Below, in pieces: positions 11,947 through 26,779 of a DNA stretch of 64,000 nt (positions are counted from its first letter, which is position 1; the number at the start of each line of letters is the position of its first letter). This DNA is from Octopus vulgaris. Its lineage: Eukaryota. Under the pieces are notes generated by a model. That model searched no databases, had not been told where the DNA came from, and saw nothing but the letters and a program-made list of their open reading frames with translations. The position numbers were made by a program, and so were the translations under genes. Where the stretch lies: contig OX597814.1 of NCBI GenBank assembly GCA_951406725.2, positions 80,724,001 through 80,788,000 on the forward strand, read 5' to 3'.

Positions 11947-13149
11947 ATGATAGTAACAGAGAATCAAGCTACAATTTCATGTCATACACAGCATGCTTAA
12001 TTTTAAGTACAAGATTTCATAACCATGACCCCACTTATTAGATATTCAATCAATTTGTTATTGGAATACATTAGACACAAGGATATATTTGAAGGTTTTC
12101 AGTTTAAATTTTCTTGTATACAAACAAAAAGAAAATATTTTTCTTCCATCATATTTAAAATATTGAGTGACAATTTGGGATCCTATATTAACCGAGCAAC
12201 TATAACTTTTACTATTTTTATAAGACAAATAATATTTGTGTATTAAGGCTACCATTGGTTTCATGTTAAGGAATACCTCAGCAGTTATCAAGACTATTAC
12301 ATGGAATATTGGTGTTTTTCCTTTATTTGTTCAATATTTAAGATGGACAACTACTATTAACAATTATGGTGTATATATATCAAGAATGTGTGAACACATC
12401 ACTGCGAAGAAGTCAATACACTCATAAGAAGGATTATACTGTACTATTCCATTATTTCTGTGTTTAATAATTTTATACTGTTCTGTATAGTTCATTTTAT
12501 TATTGAAACCATTCCAGCTAAGTTTCTATTACCGCATGTATCACTTTTATTAAATATTAACTTATCTGGTGATAAATTAGAAAATGTCAAATAATTTTAT
12601 CTGTAATGAGTTTTACAAAAGCAGACAAGTGATTGGGACTTTTATTTATGCATATTCTCTTTTCATTCAGTATTTTGTTGTCGTTGTTGTTATCATGTAT
12701 CATATCCCTACAGTGCATTGATAACACTGCAGTGAATGTCTTCCCAATTAATCATGAGATCTCCAGCTGCCTTGCTACTCTTGTCCAACTAGCTTTTGAT
12801 ATTGTCCATCCATTGCACTCTTTGCCTACCTCTCAATATGCTGCCCTTTATTCTTTCTTTTATGATAATTTTTCCCAGACCCTTGCTTCTTTGAATATGG
12901 TCTTAATAGAAGTGCTTTTGTTCTTTCATAATGTTCAATTTAAAATGTATTGATTATGTTTTCTTCAAATTTGTTCAGTCCATGGTTCACAACCGTAGAT
13001 GTCTACTGGCCAAATGAGTGCTTAACTAGCTTTGTTTTTAACTTAGTTGATACACTTTTGCTGCTCCAGATGTTATTAAGCTTTTCCATGGACATTCTTG
13101 TCAGGGTTAGGCATGTCCTAATTCCTTTCTTACATGTGGTTTCATCAGA

Positions 13150-13295
13150 GAGTCGATTTTTATGATTTTTTCAAGACTTATACACGCCCTGATACCCTTG
13201 GTATCTACATATCAAATTTGAGCTCAATCGGATGGAGGATGCCAGAGATCCTATAAGACACACAGACAGACAGAATGGATTTTATATAATAGATA
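13150..13295 (-). mobile_element. Helitron-like non-autonomous element 5' end
   Basis: Minus strand atctattatataaaatcc.ttctgtctgtctgtg; shares about 65 bp with 26710-26778. Confidence 0.5.
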
Positions 13296-13345
13296 TCAAC
13301 AAATATTTCATATACACTATATACACTATATATATAGGAAACTGA

Positions 13346-13504
13346 GATGACAAAGGAATAAACAATTATGTTATGAACTTCATTAGCCCTGATGAAGCTA
13401 TAGGGTGATACACAAGCACTCAACTATGAGTGCGTTGCACCTTATAGCAAAATCAGTTGTAAGCTAATGAAGTTCTCAACTTGATAGCTTATTCCATTGT
13501 CATC
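13346..13504 (+). ncRNA. Extended type I hammerhead (G12 mutated)
   Basis: Long interrupted stem I (gaacttcattagc/gctaatgaagttc; gatgacaa.ggaataa/ttattcc.ttgtcatc), CTGATGA 13389-13395, 11-bp stem II with an inner hairpin, AAAA in place of GAAA, GTA site. Confidence 0.75.
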
Positions 13505-13607
13505 ACAATTTTTTACTACCACTCTGTATTCAACTGACATTTCCTTCTGAGGCATATGTATATTGAGTTCTAACACCTGGTTATTATTGTAAAACCGAAG
13601 CAAAATA

Positions 13608-13650
<43 letters not shown>

Positions 13651-14325
13651 TATAAATATTAATATATATATAATATATATTAATATAAAAATTATATAAA
13701 TATTAATATATATATATATAATGTTTGCATGCATGTTGGCAAGAGAAAGGATTTTAGATGGAAGCCAGGAGGAGATGAGGAGCAGTGATTTGGTCACCTC
13801 TGCTGACCCACCAATGGGAGGGTATTACAGTTCAGGGTCGAATGCTGGATATCATCTGATGACATCAGTTTCTCCTGGTCAAAGCTCCATTCACTTTGGT
13901 GAGTGGAAAAAAGCACTTTCTTCTAAGCGTTATTAATATATGCATGCATGTATGTGTGTGTGTGTATTTAACATGAACAACTTAGCTGATGATAATGTCA
14001 ATATAACTATGATGGTGGTGGCTGCAGTGGTGATGATGATGATGATGATGATGATGATGTCTATGAGGAGAAGGAGGGTTAAATGTGCATAACCAAATAA
14101 AAAGCCCAAGGCTGATGATTCTTTTCAATTACCTTAGTTTACACAATCATTACTGATAGTCGTTTATGGAAGCAAACATACACTCAAGGCAATATATATT
14201 TGTTTACACAAGTGAAACACTACTCTGCATAAGATGTGGATTGTTCCGGAAGAGCTGTTTACATCATTTTTACTTTTCAGTATCTGCCACTTCATCCCTA
14301 AATTTAGTTTTTTTGAAAATACATC

Positions 14326-14382
<57 letters not shown>

Positions 14383-14668
14383 TAGTTCAGTTTTCCTGTT
14401 TTGCTTTTAAAGTATCACTTTCATACTCTGTGACACAGTGTATCTTATGTTTATTTCAGTCATTAGACTGTGGTCATGCTGGAGTACCACCATGAGAATT
14501 TTTACTTGAATGAATTAATTCCAGAACTTATTTTTTGAAGCCTGATATTTATTCTATCAATTCTTTGGCTGAACTGCTAAGTTATGGGGACATAAACGCA
14601 CCAACACCAGTTGTCAAGCTGGGAGACAGACACACACACACATATATATATATAGCCAAAATTACGGC

Positions 14669-14910
14669 ATGGAGTAGATGAAATCCAGGCAACATATGTT
14701 TCATAACTCTCCAGGCCTCAGAGGTAGTAATTATCCAGACAAGGAGTAGACTGCAACCTACTCTTCAGGCAATGACAATGTAAACTTCATGTAATCAAGG
14801 TATTCTTGACCTGATGAGTAGCTTGTGGTCTATCTCTCATTTGAATAATTACTACTTCCAAAGTTCCACTAGCTATGAAATGTATGTAGCCTAGATTTTA
14901 TCTACCCCAT
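14669..14910. repeat. Old palindrome with a hammerhead fossil in each arm
   Basis: Plus strand: CTGATGA(14811) gtagcttgtgg..ccactagctat GAAA tgtat GTA. The minus-strand arm has CTGAAGA..GAAAcatat. Confidence 0.7.
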
Positions 14911-15116
14911 TCCCTAATTTGAGATGTATGTTTGCATATACAGCAACTGCAGTTGCTACCCATGAACTATAAAATAAACTTTTTCCACTTATTGTACTGC
15001 AATACAGGACAAATTCACAACCTTCTACACCAATAAACCACTATTGTTCCTTCTACAGATTGCTTGAAGCTTACTAACTTCCTACACCTTGATCCTTAGA
15101 TCTTACCTTTACATAT

Positions 15117-15156
<40 letters not shown>

Positions 15157-18100
15157 ATGGGCTTCTTTCAATTTCTGTCTACCAAATGCATTCACAAGGC
15201 TTTGGTTGGCCCAAGGCTATAGTTGAAGACACTTCCCTAAGGGGCCATACAGTGGGATTGAACCCAGAACCATGTGGTTGAAAAGCAAGCTTCTTATGTC
15301 TTTATTGCCCACAAGGAGCTAAACATAGAGGGGACAAACAATGACAGACAAAGGGATTAAGTTGATTAGATTGACCCCAGTGTGTAACTGGTACTTTATT
15401 TATTGACCCCGAAAGGATGAAAGGCAAAGTCGACCTCGGCAGAATTTGAACTCAGAATGTAATGGCAGACGAAATACTGCTAAGCATTTCGCCCAGCATA
15501 CTAACGTTTCTGCCTGCTGCTGTTTGATAAGAAGCTCACAAACTTTTTATCACACAGCAACGCCTGCACCTCTATGCTGATAGCAATTACATACAGCTAG
15601 ATATACAGAAGGCTAAAGCTCCTTCCTGAGTCATACAGACTCAGAGGGCCAGTTTCCTGGATTTTCTGGCATATATACTCACAGGTCTAGGGGCCAAATT
15701 CTGATCCCTACTGTGGTTTGCTGTCAATCAATAAATAGTATAGAGCCCAGTGCACTGATTTGTCTAGGGTCCTATTATGCTGCTTAAAACAGTCCTGGCT
15801 ATAGTAGAAGACATTTGTCCAAGGTTCCACATAGTAGGACTGAACCAGAAACCACATGGTCAAGGAACAAACTTCTTAAGTATAGAGCCATATCTGCTTC
15901 TTACAGCCATGCTTGTGATTATGGACATGCCTATATGTCTTTTTGTTTAGCTTAGCAAACAAAACTTTGACTAGATTGAAAGGTGCAGTGTACAGTGCTC
16001 TCATGTACATCTTAATAAAAAGGTATTCATACTTTTGAATATACTGTATTATTTCTTCTCTTTATAACACTAGACCCCATCCTTCTTTCTCTCTCTCTCT
16101 CCCTCTCTCTCTGTATGTATGTGTGTGTTTGTGTGTGTATGTATGAGAGAGGAGCAGGAAGAGACTGATAAATATTCTAAGAGAGATATTTTAATATTCT
16201 AAGAATAAGCTTAGTTATGAGGAAACTTTTAACAATTACAAATTTTAGTGCTTCTGCACTGAAAACTGTTAGTCACATAGGTGACATCTCAGTAAACCAA
16301 TAATTACAACATTCATCAAATTTGGTCTGTGTTTGACAGTTGAAGCTATCCGTATATTGGTAAACTTCGTGGCTGTTACATTAAACTAAACTAGAAACCA
16401 TACAACCTATTTAAGAAACCAATTAGCCTTCCATCATACATTCACACACCATCTGACAGTATACAGCATATCATTAAGAAAATTATCCCATAAACAACAA
16501 CAAAAAGATAAACACATCTTTCAGGAAACCACTCTTAACAGGCCCCACCCCCAACAGTTTTACAATGAGACAATAACATGCAGCTAATATCAAGAAATAA
16601 TTACCTACTCATCAGTTACTTATCATATTTAGTTATTCACTTAAGCCTCTTAATTCCTTATGGAGTATAGGCCATCAATTACTTCATTGTTCTCAATTCT
16701 GTCTTTTCTGCTTCTCTCTAGATGAATTCCTGCTTCCTTCTGGGGCACCCATACTGGTGGCACATAAAAGCACCTGTTACTCTCTTGGAGTGGTTGGCAT
16801 TACGAAGGGCATCCAGCCATGGAAAATCAGACTGGAGACTAATGCAGCCCCTCAGCTTGCTAGCCCTGGTCAAACCACCCAACCCATGCCAGCATGAACA
16901 GTGGACATTAAATGATGATGATGATAATGATGTGTCATATGTTTCCTCTGAAGGAAGACCTTCTTTTCCTTGGTTTTATTGGTTTTGTATTGTCATTGTT
17001 GCATTTGTAAGTTTGCCCTTTTTTCTAGGTGAGAGATGTTAGCATTGCACAAATTAATTTCTACTAAAGGCGGCGGGCTGGCAAAAGCATTTTGCCCCAG
17101 AAGGGGCTACACACAGAGGGGACAAACAAGGACAGACAAAGGGATCAAGTCGATTACATCGACTCCAGTGCGTAACTGGTACTTAATTTATTGGCCCCGA
17201 AAGGATGAAAGGCTAAGTCGACCTTGGCGGAATTTGAACTCAGAACATAACGGCAGACAAAATACCGCTAAGCATTTCACCCGGCATGCTAACGTTTCTG
17301 CCAGCAAGCTTCTTACCATAGAGCCATGCCTGTGCCTATAAATATGCATTCTAACATATGTAGTTAATAGTATAGGAAGGTTCTTATCTAATAGCAACAT
17401 ACTTCAAAATTAAAAATTTACTGAGTTCGCATGGTGAGTCTTGTCAAGGAAGGCCTGCCAGACAAGAATATTGGTCCATAAATACTACATGCATAAAACC
17501 AAAACAAACTACTTCTATGATTTATAGAAAAAAATAAAATGGGAAAGAAATTTTTGCAAAAGAAAATATTGAAACAACCAAGGAGTTGTCTGACAGAAAT
17601 AAAACAGTATGATAGACAATGAGAGAAACGGCAACATACTTTACTGAAAATATTAAGATAAATATGTATGGCATATTTCCTCTCTGATTTACAAAATATG
17701 AAAGATCATAGGAATAAACAAACACTCACACACACACACAGATGTGTGTAAGTGCATGTGTGTATGTGTGTAACGTGGTCTGCACTTTTTCTATTGGAAA
17801 TTATTGATTATAAATAGATACTGACAAATGTTATGCATATATGCATGTGAACACGGTATATGTATATACATACATATCATTATATATATACATACATATG
17901 TGTGTGTACATATATAGATATATACCAAAGACATAAACAGATTAAATTATGTATGATGGTTGTCCCATAAACATTACAAAAGTCTGCATAACTTTTTTAT
18001 TAACCCATTAATGGACAATGTCTAATTTTTGAGACAGATATTTTAAATTTAATATAAATAAATTTTGCAAAGACTTTTGCATTCCTTAGCTTATATTCTT

Positions 18101-18329
18101 CATATTCCCAACATTCTTTAAGTATGCCATTAAAATAAGCAATACAGCAGGAGATGCATAATCAAAGAGCTCTTTGGAGCTAAGAAAATGTAAAAATTTA
18201 TAATATTCATAGTTGAATTATGGCCTCTAATGGTTTAACTGATATATTTCATTCAAATTGCACACATTGGGACAGTATTCTTCTATAGTAACTCTTCTTT
18301 TTGCTCTTCCTTTCAGGCAAATAATTGGA

Positions 18330-18910
18330 TCCAAGCAGAAGCAACCTGCCATCATTTAGTTCTTGACAAGAAGGTTGCAAGCATCCATAGAAGGCTACAG
18401 GTTGTTTGTGGGGACAGTATCATTAAGAACAGCAATGTGTATGAAGAAGTTTAAAGAAGAGGAACCAACATTGAAGACAAAGCTAGCAATGGAAAACCAT
18501 CAACTGCAACCACTGATACGAATTACCAGTGAGTGGCCAAACTGACTTGCATGGACAGATGAGTCATAATCCATGAGATTGCCGCAAAACTGGACTGTGG
18601 TCATAATGCATTACAGATGGTGTGAGACTTTAGGCATGGGAAAATGTGTGCAAAGTGGAAATCATGACAGTTGACACCCAAGAAGGAGAGAAAGATGCAA
18701 GTCTGCTTTGATCTGCTAAAAGCATTTGAAGACAATGAAGGCATGATTTTTTCCAATCTGATAACAGGAGATTAAATGTGAACATATCTTTATGATCCAG
18801 AAATGGAGGCTCACTATATGGAATTGTGTCACACCTCTTCTCCAAAGCTTAAGAAGCTCAAGAGCCAACTATCAGCACAGAAAGACATAATGACTATTTT
18901 TGGATAAGAA
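18330..18910 (+). mobile_element. Degenerate mariner transposase fragment
   Basis: Frameshifted remnants of HEIAAKL..KMCAKW..QLT..ITGD..YDPE..CHTSSPK.KKLKSQLSA..MTIFWD. Confidence 0.7.
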
Positions 18911-18968
18911 GCTTTTTAATTTTAGTGTTTTTGTAGTATATTATTGGTCTTAGCTCACTATTTGATTC

Positions 18969-19004
<36 letters not shown>

Positions 19005-19306
19005 TATATATGTAAATATATGTGTGCATTTCGGTCCTCTTTTTTGTTACCTTTCTCTCTCTCTCACTTTCCCCCACTCTCTTCTCATTCTCTCTTTCCT
19101 TCACTGCCTCTCTCTCTCTTTCTCTTTCTTTCTCTTGGCCAGGTAACCATGTACCTCCACTATAGCAAGACACCTGTTTCTACCTTCCTGTCTCTCTCTG
19201 TCACACTCTAACTTTTCATTATCTGACATCATCATCGACACACACACACACATATATATTTTTTATATAAATATATATATGTGTGTGTATATATGTGTAT
19301 GTATGC

Positions 19307-19356
<50 letters not shown>

Positions 19357-20563
19357 GGTGATTGATTAAATCAGATCAAAGAAATTATAAATATATGGTT
19401 CAAAACTGTACACAAATACAAAAAACAAGAGACAGAGACAGGTGAGAGAACAACAAACAAGGTGTATTAGTTTGACAATCAGGCAACATGGAGGAGTCTT
19501 TGATGTTTTGATCCTATGCCCTTCTATAAAAAGGAATGAGAAAAAAAAACAGATGGAGAGTGGGGAAAAAATGAATAGAAAAGAAAAATGTTTGAATCAG
19601 CAGTTGTACATGTTGAATAAATATAATAGCAAAACACCTCTAAGTACTTTGACTAGACAATTAAATCCAAATATTCTTGATAAATTAACCATCCAGATCA
19701 GTAGTTAATACAAATTTGAAATGATAGTTCACAGGTACTGACTATACAGCAAACCCAAACATTTATCAAAGGAATAATTGGTACGTTCAATGCAGTGTAA
19801 TTTAAAGTAATGAGAATAAATGAATGAATATTTTACGATACTACCATGCATGTTTCCATAGTGTATTTATTCAGAATATGAGCATTATGATGTAACTTGA
19901 CTTTTAGGAGATATCTCAAGTATTTGGAGGTATAATACTTAATGAAATGGTGCTTTATGAAAATACGGACTTGCATAATGTTACACATCAAATTACATAC
20001 CATACTTGTTTTTTGAATAAATATACAACATAAACAGTGCAGTAGTAGCCTAAAATATCTACTTGGTTTATTTTTATTAGTATAAGTGTGGGAACAAACT
20101 TTGCTTTAGGTGTGCAAACCCAGATACAACCCAGCATGCTCAAGGAATTTTCATTACCTCCCAAAAGTTTTAAGAAGTGCAAGCACACTCTCTGCACCCA
20201 TGTTCCCAAGCCTATGCTTATTACAATATATCAAGACCCCCTTCGGTCATGAATAACCATGAGATTGCACCTAGAAAGTTACCCTCTGAAGCACAAGTCC
20301 AGGCAAGGTTGTTTATGGAAGACCATCAGTCACCCATGCATACCAGCCCTCTCCATGCCACCGATGTTATCCAAGGGAAAGGCAAAGGCTGATACAGCTT
20401 GGCACCAGTGATGTTGCAACTCATTTCTACAGCTGAGTGAACTGGTGAAACATAAAATAAAGTGTGTTGCTCAAGAATAAAACATGCAACCCGGTCTGGG
20501 AATCGAACTCACAACCTCACAATCATAAGCTCGACACTCTAACCACTGAGCCACGTGCCTTCA

Positions 20564-20632
<69 letters not shown>

Positions 20633-20954
20633 TATATGTATATATATAAAGATATATATATATATGTATAGAGATATAGATATATACATATATACATACA
20701 TATGTATATAAATATATATACATATATATATATATATATGTATACACATACATACATATATATATAAATATATACATATACATATACATATATACAAACA
20801 CACACACACACATATAGGCACAGGCATGACTGTGTGGTAAGAAGCTTGTGTCCCAACCATATAGTTCCGAGTTCAGTCCCACTGTATGGCACCTTGGGCA
20901 AGTGTTTTCTATTATAGGCCTAGGACCAACCAATATATATACATATGCATATGT

Positions 20955-21720
20955 GGGCACAGGACGTCACAAAACATAAAACAACAAAAGATACGAAGTG
21001 TAAGAACATGGAATATGAACTTTTTTGTGAAAAATGAAAGAAACAAATGGAAAACAAAACAAACAACACAAAGAATGACCCTCCATCAGTTGTCGGCTGT
21101 TTTTCTAATCCGTATTTCAAGCAATTCACAAGATATGCTTTCGATAAAACAGTTGCACCTACAAAGCAAATTAAATAAAATTTGGGATTTGCAGAAGGTC
21201 AAAACTGATGACAAAAACAGAACAATGAAAACAAACAGGAAGGGCTGCTAAGCCTAAATGAAGTTGTGGTGATGAATGCGAATAGACAAGCTTGGACAGG
21301 AGACAGACAAGAATATGTCTACCTTGTCCAGTTGCAACAGGAAGAAAGAATGAAATAAAAGTTAGGAGAAGAAAGGAAAATGGCCAGTGGTCATGAGGGA
21401 GCAACATGAGAGAAGGAGAAAGAGTGAGGGAGAGAGAGTGACAGACAGAGAACTGTGAAGGTGAAAGGAAAAGATTTGGAGGTAGGATAAGAGAGAAAAA
21501 AAGAGAGGGAGAAAGGGAGGTAAAAGAATAAGAGAAAGAAGAAAGGAAGAGAAAAACGAAAGAGTAAAAGGGTAGAATAGTGGGAGAAGTGGAAGTAAAA
21601 GAATAAAAGAAAGGAAGGGGGAAAACTAAAGTGCAAGAGGATAGAATAGTGGGAGAAGAGGAGGTAAAAGAATAAGAGAGAAAAGAAAGAGTAAAAGGAT
21701 AGAATACTGGGATATATAAA
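20955..21720. mobile_element. PLE-like fragment with purine-rich tandem repeats, inserted in a family-B SINE
   Basis: SINE head (20817-20935) and tail (21730-21975) are separated by this block; its 5' part resembles the reverse complement of 9560-9745. Confidence 0.45.
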
Positions 21721-21975
21721 TACATATGTGAGTGTGTGTGTGTGTGTGAGTGTTTCTTTGTGTCTGTGTTTGTCCCTCACCAACGCATGACAACTGGTAC
21801 TGTTGTACTTATGTTCCTGTAACTTAACAGTTCAGTAAAAGAGAGCAATAGAATAAGTTCCAGACTTTGAAAAAAATAAGTCCTGGCATCGATTTGTTTG
21901 ACTAAAAGTCCTTCAAGGCAGTGCCCCAGCATGTCCGTAGTCAATGACTGAAACAAGTAAAAGACAAAAGATACA

Positions 21976-22012
<37 letters not shown>

Positions 22013-22199
22013 GTAGTCAAAATTTACTCCTGTGCTATGAAGAAATCAATGAAATTCATTCTATCAGCTATATGCAATGGTTGAAGAATTACTGTGACAG
22101 AGTTCACCAGTTCCTGACTAAACAGCTTCTTCAGCAGGCAGTTTCCATTACCAGAAAATTGGCCATCACAGATAGCGATTGTTATTCCTGCTCCTGTGA

Positions 22200-23950
22200 T
22201 ACTGGTTGATTTTCTCAAGACATTCAAAAGCAGCCAAAAGCTGATGGAGATGAGAACAATGAAAGTGTAAATAAACCACCAACAATATCACCAACACCCA
22301 GCTCTCATATAATCTCCACATGAAACTTATCTGATAGAGAAGGCTGTAGAATATATAAAGCTTAAAAACAATTTAAAACCACAGTGGGAAAATAATTTTT
22401 CCAATTTCTCTGAGCTATGATTAAATGGTAGATCATTTTTGACAAGAATGAGAGAAAAAAAAGACAACTACATTTCATGTTAAAAGTTATTGACGATCTC
22501 ACTGGAGACCATAAGAAAATGTGCCAACATGTATTAAATTATCAATACCAGCTTGTGCACAATTGCTATCACTCTCAAAGAACATACAGGAGATATTTGC
22601 AGAGCATGCTGTAATGAAATAATTTAATGTAAGCAAACCAGGAGAATAACAAAAAAAAAGAATACAAACAACATCAGCCACAGAAACAGACATTTAAATA
22701 TCCTTATATTGTGAATAAGTTCATATAAAAAAGAAAAGAAAAGAAAAAGTAAATAAGTAAAATTTTACCAAGATTCTACACACAAAACACTTGAGTGGCA
22801 ATTTATAACATCCAAATACAAGCTAAGATATTCAGTGGAAATTTTGTTAATGATAAGAAAGAAAAACACTTCAACGAGTCAACATTAATCACAAGCTTGC
22901 TTCTAATCGACAAGCTGTATACCAAGGATGAAGAAAACAATTTCCTTGTAAAAAGAGCCTCCTTCTAAGGAAGATCTTTAATCACGTTAGTCTAAAATCT
23001 AGAATGAAAAGAAGCATTTTAATCAGAATGCACCACAGCTAGATACGATCAAGGAAAAAGTATATACTGTATTAATATCACCAATAAAACATACAAAAGT
23101 CAATGTTGAAACTTTCACCAAAACTGTGAGAAAGTTGCATAATAGAAAGTTACCAAGAAAAGACTTAATAGTTGGATATTGGTACAAGATGTTGGCATTC
23201 AATAGAAAGTCACTGATATGCATATTTATAAGAAGTATAGAAAGCTATATTGATATACCAAAATGGGTTGTCATACTATGGATAAATCTAGTGACCAAGA
23301 ATGAAAACAAAAATGGTAGAAAACTATAGTCACATTGCTTGCCTAGATATTACATTTAAACTTTACACAACCAGTCTCAACCAAATTCCTCCAAGACCAT
23401 TGTGGGTCCAACAAAACATACATTAATGAGCAAGCAGGTGGAGAGAAAGGTGTGTGGAGACGTGTTGAACAACTTTTGATAAATAAAGCTATTTGAAATA
23501 AAACAAAAATTCCAAAGAGACCTTGTGATAATATGATTGTCAAACAGAAAGACTTTCTATTCTATTTTCAATTCATTGTTGTTGGTGTCACAGCAGCAGG
23601 TGAAAATACCTCTCACTCTTAGTTGCTGTCATTGAAAGGCTCACAAAGACAAGTTCTACAGAAGGTAATTGCAACTGAAAGCAAAACAATTATTTCTGAT
23701 GTTACATTTCAATGAGAATATTCTTAGAAGACATTTTGTCTGTGCTTATGTCTCTTCTGACCCTAAATCCACAGTCTTTTACAAATTATGTGGTTAAGTC
23801 TTAGGGATTGTAATGGCAAGTAACAGTAACATGCCTCATGGTTTCTTTGTAGATGATCGAAAGATCTATATTTTTAATATGGAAATATTTGCAGTTTTGC
23901 AACACTAACACCTGGATTTGGTTCAATACTCAGCTGATACAGTAGAGGAA
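22200..23950 (+). mobile_element. R4/Dong-like non-LTR retrotransposon RT remnant
   Basis: KLHNRKLPRKDLIVGYWYK..IPKW..NEQAGGEKGVWRRVEQLLINKAI..HGFFVDDRKIY, with many frameshifts and stops. Confidence 0.8.
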
Positions 23951-25551
23951 CTAGGTAAATAAAAAAATTATTAATATTATATAGTTGAAGACAGAAAATC
24001 TATTTCCCAAATCCCAAGCATTTCTATTTATATTTTATCAATGGTCTCTCTATATGCACAATTCTACTCAATGAATACAACAAATATCTTTGCCTTAATT
24101 ACATTGTGTTATATACAGGTAAATTGAGGCCCTACCTGTCACCAGCCCTTACCTGTTTCTAAGGAAGGTAATATTTCCTCAAGGTCAGACATGTTTTACA
24201 AGAAAGATTGGAAACAAACAACATCAGCTGTATAATGGTGATGCTCATTTATAATTAGCAGATGTTATCAAAACAAGGGTACACACCAAAACACACAAAC
24301 CTATGGAAGGCTTCTTTCAAGTTCCCTCTACCAAATCCACTCACAAAAGCTTAGTCAACCTAGAACCATAATAGATGACATTTGCCCAAGGCATTATGCA
24401 GTGGGACTGGACCTGAGATCACATGATTGAGAAGCTGGCTTCTCAACCACATAACCACTCTTGTGCCTACCATGGCAGGATGCTGCTAAGACAATAAACA
24501 ATGCCATCTGTGGAAAAGATTACTCCAGAGTAAATATATCCCAGGATAGTCTTTCTGCTGGCTAAATACACACAGTTCCACATGCAAAATATTGATAGAA
24601 CATTTCCCAATCACATTCTTTCTGGTTCAGTTCCTTATGAGCAGATTTTGTAGACAAAAACTAAAAGAAGCCTATTACATATGTAGATCTGTGTGTGTGT
24701 GTGTGTGTTTGTGTGTGTGCATGTGCGTGTGTCTGTGTATGTGCGTCCACACACATTTGTAAGTATGCATGTGTATGTGTGAAGGTACATGGCTTAGTGG
24801 TTAAGATACTTGGCTCACAATCATAAGGTCATGAGTTCAATTTCCAGCAGTGCATTGTGTCCTTGAGCAAGACATTTTATTTCATGTTTCTCCAGTTCAC
24901 TCAGCTGGCAAAAATGAGTAGTATCTGTATTTCAAAGTGTCAGCCTAGTCACATTCTGTGTCACACTGAATCTCTCTAAGAACTACATTAAACATACATG
25001 TGTCTCTGGGGTGTTCAGCCACTTGAAAGTTGATTTTAAGACCAACTAGAAGACTCATTGTCATAACTGACGAAGTGCTAGTTATGCATGTTAATCTCTC
25101 CTTGATTTCATATCACATGATACTAGTAACTAAGTGTCACCATAATGCGAGCAGTGGCCGTCATTTCCAGATGGAAATATTACCTTACTTGGAAGCAGGT
25201 GAAGGTTGGCAATAGGAAAGGCATCTGGCTCAGTAAATCTACCTTAGTAAATTCTGTCCAACTCATGTAAGCAAGGAAAAAATAGACACTAAAACAATGA
25301 TAATGATGATATTGTTGATATTTTCTATAAAATCTTCAACTTCATGGAAATATAACATGTTTGATATAGTTGTTTGGAACAGAAAAGAAAAAAAAATTGT
25401 GTTCTGTCTTTGAGGTCTGCCGTTCAACAGATGTGAATTTCTCTTTCAAAATCAGTGGAAAAGTGAATATTTGCAGACAACTACTTTGAAACTTACAAAT
25501 TCTCTATGTAGATTATAGATTTGTATTTACACCAATAATTAACATTTATAC

Positions 25552-25658
25552 CTATAATTATTGGTGTACATGATTTTGTTAGTAAATATTGATCTCAAAA
25601 CTCTGGAGTTTTCAGACAATGATAGCAATAAGTTAACACGCATTTCCTCCCAGAAAAC
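25552..25658 (-). CDS. Candidate internal exon
   Basis: ttttctcttgtttacag|..tatag|gtataa; single open frame VFWEEMRVNLLLSLSENSRVLRSIFTNKIMYTNNY. Confidence 0.2.
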
Positions 25659-26779
25659 CTGTAAACAAGAGAAAATAGTATCCAGTACATTTCTAAAGGT
25701 TAACATGTAACTCTTTGCAATTATTGTTATCCAAATTCTAATGATTGTGAAACCATTCCCATCTTTCAAAGTAAGAATTCAAATACTTTTTAACAAAATA
25801 ACATATGCACATATATCTCTTTATCATTTTTTTTTATATATATTTGTTTCAGCCATTAGTCCGCAGCCATGCTGGGGCAATGCCTGGAAAAATTTTTTAG
25901 TCAAGTGAATCAACCCCAGTACTTTTTTTGTTAAACCTGGTACTTATTCTTTCAGTTTCTTTTGCCAAACTGCTAAGTTACAGAAACATAAACAGATCAC
26001 ACAAAAACACCGGTTGTCAAGCAATAGTGGGGTACAAATACAGACATGAAGATACACAAACACATCGATATACATATATATATATAATATATATATATAC
26101 ATGAACAAAACGCACCTCACCCTCCGTCCAATGGACAGTGCTGAGTTGTCAAACATTTAAACCAAATTTTCTCAAAACAACTTGTTTGACTGTCCCATAG
26201 GCCTCCCTTTGAAAAGACTGATTTAACCTAAATTTGAGACACCAGCTAAAGAAGAAATAAAGATAGACTTTTTTTCTATTCCAAAGAAAAACGATTTTAT
26301 TCACACAAATATGCAACCGAAGAGTTTAAAGTACCAGTAATGATAAGGCTGTTGACTGGGAGAACACAAACATGGTTTAAACAGTTCTTTTCATTAAAAA
26401 ATAATTAAGCATGCCTTTATCTCAATAAAATTTTGGTTTTGTTAAACGAAGTTAAGGTAAAAAAAAACTTCTTGAGAAACCAAATAGTCTTTCCTTCCTT
26501 CATGCAAGTTTGAAGAAAATATCTCTTTTGCATCTTTGTTGGTCTCTTAAATATACTGCATTTTGTGGCATTATTTCAAGCCAGCCGGCTTTTTTTGTGC
26601 AAACTGCACGTGCATTTCTCTCGCATACACATAGTATCAATCACAACAGCTGATTACTTGCATGTACAAATGCATGTACCCACAGCTTTATTGATCACAT
26701 TCTCACCTGGAATCGATTTTTGTAATTTTTTCAAGACTTATACATGCCCTGATACCGCTGGTATCTACATATCAAATTT

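Noticed and set aside
16505-16620. Minus-strand CTGATGA..cctGAAA
   Set aside because: Stem I and cleavage site are not supported.
19838-19925. Minus-strand GAAAC atgcatg GTA gtat with an upstream atac
   Set aside because: The CUGANGA box is disrupted; at most a fossil.
20817-20900. tRNA-like A/B boxes
   Set aside because: SINE heads, not tRNA genes; no cloverleaf and they continue into the SINE body.
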